NCBI GenBank assembly: GCA_963702205.1
Contig: OY969724.1
Location: forward strand, 3,918,571 to 3,982,570
DNA from: an uncultured candidate division Zixibacteria bacterium
GTDB taxonomy: Bacteria; Zixibacteria; MSB-5A5; GN15; PGXB01
Length of the DNA stretch: 64,000 bases
Direction of reading: 5' to 3'
Shown here in pieces: positions 60,426 to 64,000 of the stretch (positions are counted from its first letter, which is position 1; every line of letters begins with the position of its first letter). The notes beneath the pieces were generated by a model. The model was not told the origin of the DNA and searched no databases. It saw nothing but the letters and a program-made list of their open reading frames with translations. A program made the position numbers and the translations under genes.

Positions 60426-60542
60426 AGCACAATGCATGCCACTCATGAATCTCTTTGAAATTCAACATTTTACGGATGTTATCTATGGAAAAGCCTTGTG
60501 ATAGACAAGGGAGGGCGCGATTCAACCTTGTCTTTTACAAGG
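60426..60542 (-). promoter_or_regulatory. Sigma54 -24/-12 promoter plus two palindromic activator sites
   Basis: TGGCATGCATTGTGCT (GG-N10-GC) at 60441-60426; CCTTGT-N5-ACAAGG at 60494-60510 and 60526-60542. Confidence 0.75.
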
Positions 60543-60568
60543 TCGGGGAAAAGAGAAACAGGAAGGTG

Positions 60569-61930
60569 TCAGATGCCGTACTGCTTGCGTTTATGCCAGA
60601 GGGTGGCTTGGTCGATACCAAGAATATCGGCGGCTTCCTGGAGGGTCTTTGTGGTGGCGACAACCCGGCGAATGTGTTGCTCCTCCATCGTCTTCAGGGA
60701 AACATGATCGCCCAATTGAACTTGGGGGGTATGCGGAGCAACCGAAACGGGTAGATGTTCGACTTGAACAGTATCGGTGGTGCAGAGGATGGCGGCACGC
60801 TCGACAACGTTACGCAGCTCCCGAATATTGCCAGGCCAGGAGTATTGACGCAGAGCAGTGATAGCCGTGTCGCTGTAGCCCTTCAGTACCTTGTGGTTTT
60901 GTGCGCTGAAGAATTCCAGCATATTCTTCGCTAAAGCTTCCACATCGTCCGGGCGATCAGCCAAGGGGGGCAAGTCGATCTGAATCACATTCAGCCGGTA
61001 ATAAAGGTCTTCACGAAAACGCCCATCCTGAACCGCCTTATCAAGATCGGTGTTGGTTGCCGTAACGATGCGGACATCCGCCCTTTTCGTCCGCTGATCT
61101 CCCACACTCTCATATTCCCGGTCCTGTATGAAGCGCAGGAGCTTGGGTTGAAGCGCCAATGGCAGATCGCCAATCTCATCCAAGAACAAGGTCCCCCCCT
61201 CGCATGCACCGACCCGACCTGGATTATCGCGGAGCGCCCCGGTAAAGGCACCCTTCACGTGGCCGAAAAGCTCGCTCTCGAGGAGATCAGGGCTGAGGGT
61301 TGGGCATGAAATGGTCCCGAACGGCTTATCCGCCCTGTGGCTCCAACCGTGGATGGCGCGAGCCAGCACTGTCTTTCCCGTTCCACTGGGACCCCGCAGC
61401 AGGACAACCGCCTCCGAGGCGGCCACTTGCCGCGCGAGTTCCACGGCGCGTTGCATGCCGGGATGTTGTGAAGAAAACGAAACCTCCGGATGCAACCGCT
61501 CCAGGTCCTCCTTCAGCGTCGCTATGCGTTGCTCCATGCCGCGAACGGTGGCCACCCGCTCGGTGACCAGTTGGACCTGCTCAGGAGTGAATGGCTTGGG
61601 AATGTAATCAGTCGCGCCCCGCCGCATGGCTTCGACGGCGGTGTCGATGGACGCATAAGCCGTGATGACGACGATCTTGATCCAGGGACATACGCCGAGA
61701 ATGGAGGGAATCAAGGCAAGACCGTTCTCTGTGCCCAACCGCAAATCCACAAACGCCAAGTCGAAGACCTGTCTGTCGGTCTCCACCCGGGCGTCCTTTC
61801 CATTGCTTACGGCGGTCACGCGATGGCCGCGCGACTCCAGACAGACGGCGAGTGTCTTGCGGATATTGGCCTCGTCGTCCACGATCAGGACATTAAGGCC
61901 TTGAATGTTGTTTTGACTTTTCGTCGTCAT
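60569..61930 (-). CDS. Sigma54-dependent NtrC-family response regulator
   Basis: REC domain, [42 protein letters not shown] and Fis-type HTH. Confidence 0.96.
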   Translation of the reverse strand: MTTKSQNNIQGLNVLIVDDEANIRKTLAVCLESRGHRVTAVSNGKDARVETDRQVFDLAFVDLRLGTENGLALIPSILGVCPWIKIVVITAYASIDTAVEAMRRGATDYIPKPFTPEQVQLVTERVATVRGMEQRIATLKEDLERLHPEVSFSSQHPGMQRAVELARQVAASEAVVLLRGPSGTGKTVLARAIHGWSHRADKPFGTISCPTLSPDLLESELFGHVKGAFTGALRDNPGRVGACEGGTLFLDEIGDLPLALQPKLLRFIQDREYESVGDQRTKRADVRIVTATNTDLDKAVQDGRFREDLYYRLNVIQIDLPPLADRPDDVEALAKNMLEFFSAQNHKVLKGYSDTAITALRQYSWPGNIRELRNVVERAAILCTTDTVQVEHLPVSVAPHTPQVQLGDHVSLKTMEEQHIRRVVATTKTLQEAADILGIDQATLWHKRKQYGI

Positions 61931-61936
61931 GGGCCA

Positions 61937-62158
61937 TCACGCCTCGATCTCATCACATAAACAGTCCAAGTCCTGGCGTGCCTTTTGAAGAATCAACGCC
62001 GCGCATTCCATGCAGTAGTTGTTCTTCGACATGTTCTCTTTGATGACCAGACACTTGTCGCCCTGGCAGATCTCGTGCTCTTGGTTCCGCGAGCAGTGTC
62101 TCCGCCGTTGGGCGGTCTCAAAGCAGGCGGATACGAGAAGGCGTTTCAGCTTGGGCAT
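61937..62158 (-). CDS. Small Cys-rich hypothetical protein
   Basis: 73-aa ORF with C..H / CxxC, immediately downstream of the helicase. Confidence 0.6.
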   Translation of the reverse strand: MPKLKRLLVSACFETAQRRRHCSRNQEHEICQGDKCLVIKENMSKNNYCMECAALILQKARQDLDCLCDEIEA

Positions 62159-62161
62159 CGG

Positions 62162-64000
62162 TCATCTCCTTGAAAGGCGCTCCTGGATTTGGGCCTGGAC
62201 GTTGTCCCCGATCTGGTCGATCTGTTCCAGAATCTCCTCCAGCCGCTCCAGCGGGATTTCACTGCGGGTTCCGCCGTCCGCTTCGAGCCGCTCGTTAACA
62301 GCTCCGTTCACGATCATGATGACCGCCGCGTAGTTGTTGGCGCTTCTCAGTTCGGGGTAGGCCAGGACGATGTTGCGGCCGTTGATGGACGCGCCGAGGG
62401 CGTTAAGAATCCGGCTGGCAAGGGCCCGGGAGCGTTCGTTGAGCCTTCGGCGGGCCTCCTGGCGACGACGCTGGGGCGTGACCGGTATCTCCCGTGGCTC
62501 CATGCTCTCGCGGGTCCGAGCCTGGATGAGGCGTTGGCGGAGGTTTTCGCGGGAAAGTCCAAGGGCCTCGGGGTCGAGACCGCGTCTCCGGAACTCCTCG
62601 ACGAGGTCGTCGATCACGGCGTCATCCATCGGGTCGAGGTATGCCTGCTCGATGAAGTGGCTGATGATCTCGTTTTGAACAACCATGTCCGGTGTCAGGC
62701 GTCTTCGGCGGCCCGGCTCATCTGCCGGAGGACGCTCGTCGCCCGCTTCAAGCCAGCCTTGGATAAGGTTCTGGTCCTCCTGATCGATGCGTCGGAAGTC
62801 ATCCCAATGGCGGTCGATGTTCAACCCCACATGGGAAACCGCCACGCCCCGGTTGTCCGGGTGCTGAGGATTGTTCTGGTGGATCACCCTCATGACCCTT
62901 CCGATGAATTGGACATAGGGCGACAGCGAGCGGAAGGGCTGGAAGATCGCGGCCACGCTCAGGTTGGGGTGGTCAAACCCCTCGCCAAGCATGCGCACCT
63001 GGACGATACAGTCGATCCGGCCACGACGGAGGTCCTGGAGCACGTCCTCAATCTCATCGGCCGGCATGTTGCTGTGGATTTCGCGCGCCTGCAGGCCGCG
63101 CTCCGCGTAAAGGGAACGCACCTGGCGGGAGTGGTCAACCGAACAGGCAACGGCGATCATTTGATGAAAAGTCCCGGTTTCCCGGAGATGCTGAAGCCAC
63201 TGGATGCTGGCGTCAACGATTGACCGGTTGCACTCGGGCGCGAGAGCCACGCCCCGACTGAACCATTCCTCGTCCCGGAGTTGAAGGACCTCCTCGAGGG
63301 TGTGCTGCCTGGCATCCCCGCGATAGGTGAAAAAGATCTCCTGGGGCGCGACGTTCACGGCGGTGATCTGCTTGATGTACCCACGCACCATTGCGGTCCG
63401 GAACGGATAGGCATAGACCCGCTCGCCGGCAATCTCGCGTCCGTCGCCTCTGAACGGCGTGGCGGTCAGGCTGACGACCTTGGCGTTCGGAAACCGCTCA
63501 AAGACCCGCTCCCAGCTTCTGGCCACGTTGTGATGCCCCTCGTCCACAAGGATCAGATCGAAGAAACCTTCGGGGAAAGTCGGGAGCCATCGATCCGCCC
63601 GGCTGGCCAGTTGCTGGATGTTGGTGACGACGATATGCGAGTTCTCGCAGTCGTGGATGTTCGCGTCCTGGCCATCCAGAACGGCCGTGAAGGGACCATG
63701 ACTCACGTCGGTCAACACGCGCGTGGAAGTCCAGAAGCACTCGCGCCCAGCGACGTCGAAGGCGGTGGATATGCCCCGACGAATCTCAAGGTTCGGAGCA
63801 ATCACCAGCACCCGCCCTTGGGCGGTCTCAAAAGGCAGCAGGGCCATGAGGCCGGTCTTGCCGCAGCCCACCGGAATCTGGAGGATGGCGTGACCTGTGC
63901 TGTTTCGGAAGTGCTGGCGCGTTCGGAACCACCCCTCGACCTGGGGATCACGCAGGTCGGGGTTACCCTGAATGAACGCTCGGGTATCGTTGAAAAACCG
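62162..64000 (-). CDS. SF2 (ResIII/DEAD-like) helicase; 5' end outside the window
   Basis: Frame is open to base 64000 (LRDPQVEG...IPVGCGKT); DEGHH, LTATPFR and MLGEGFD motifs. Confidence 0.88.
   Translation of the reverse strand, partial: RFFNDTRAFIQGNPDLRDPQVEGWFRTRQHFRNSTGHAILQIPVGCGKTGLMALLPFETAQGRVLVIAPNLEIRRGISTAFDVAGRECFWTSTRVLTDVSHGPFTAVLDGQDANIHDCENSHIVVTNIQQLASRADRWLPTFPEGFFDLILVDEGHHNVARSWERVFERFPNAKVVSLTATPFRGDGREIAGERVYAYPFRTAMVRGYIKQITAVNVAPQEIFFTYRGDARQHTLEEVLQLRDEEWFSRGVALAPECNRSIVDASIQWLQHLRETGTFHQMIAVACSVDHSRQVRSLYAERGLQAREIHSNMPADEIEDVLQDLRRGRIDCIVQVRMLGEGFDHPNLSVAAIFQPFRSLSPYVQFIGRVMRVIHQNNPQHPDNRGVAVSHVGLNIDRHWDDFRRIDQEDQNLIQGWLEAGDERPPADEPGRRRRLTPDMVVQNEIISHFIEQAYLDPMDDAVIDDLVEEFRRRGLDPEALGLSRENLRQRLIQARTRESMEPREIPVTPQRRRQEARRRLNERSRALASRILNALGASINGRNIVLAYPELRSANNYAAVIMIVNGAVNERLEADGGTRSEIPLERLEEILEQIDQIGDNVQAQIQERLSRR

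Noticed and set aside
52254..63871. Many long antisense or overlapping ORFs in the GC-rich block (e.g. 62189..63223, 57491..58186, 55949..56587), and 8061..8684 in the IS
   Set aside because: Shadow frames of well-supported genes, with no motifs of their own.

Overview
Accessory region of a bacterium that appends paired dockerin-like repeats to secreted proteins, a style I associate with Ca. Zixibacteria (inference, not searched). The left half (1-33.7 kb) is a tandem series of modules. Most carry one large secreted protein with a C-terminal dockerin, and one carries an RRM gene hit by an IS256 plus a GT4/GH130 operon. The modules are separated by a recurring junction: a hairpin plus a conserved left arm, a GCTCCCC core, and one of a few right-arm types. 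The same core lies inside the 3' end of a large serine recombinase (LSR) gene at 52007. Joining that LSR arm to the arm at 33655 rebuilds a symmetric 52-bp attP-like site centred on TC. This defines an 18.35-kb satellite/IME-like element (LSR, ImmA/ImmR-like switch, DUF3854-type primase-helicase, type I R-M with RhuM and Abi-C passengers, WD40/beta-barrel protein). Right of the LSR begins a GC-richer block: a kdpFABC operon with a split KdpD, a histidine kinase, a sigma54 activator with a visible -24/-12 promoter and twin enhancer palindromes, and a partial SF2 helicase. The main candidate novelty is a serine-recombinase-serviced, integron-like cassette array of dockerin surface proteins, in which each junction also encodes an alternative recombinase C-terminus. 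All product calls come from motif recognition by eye; no database searches were run.
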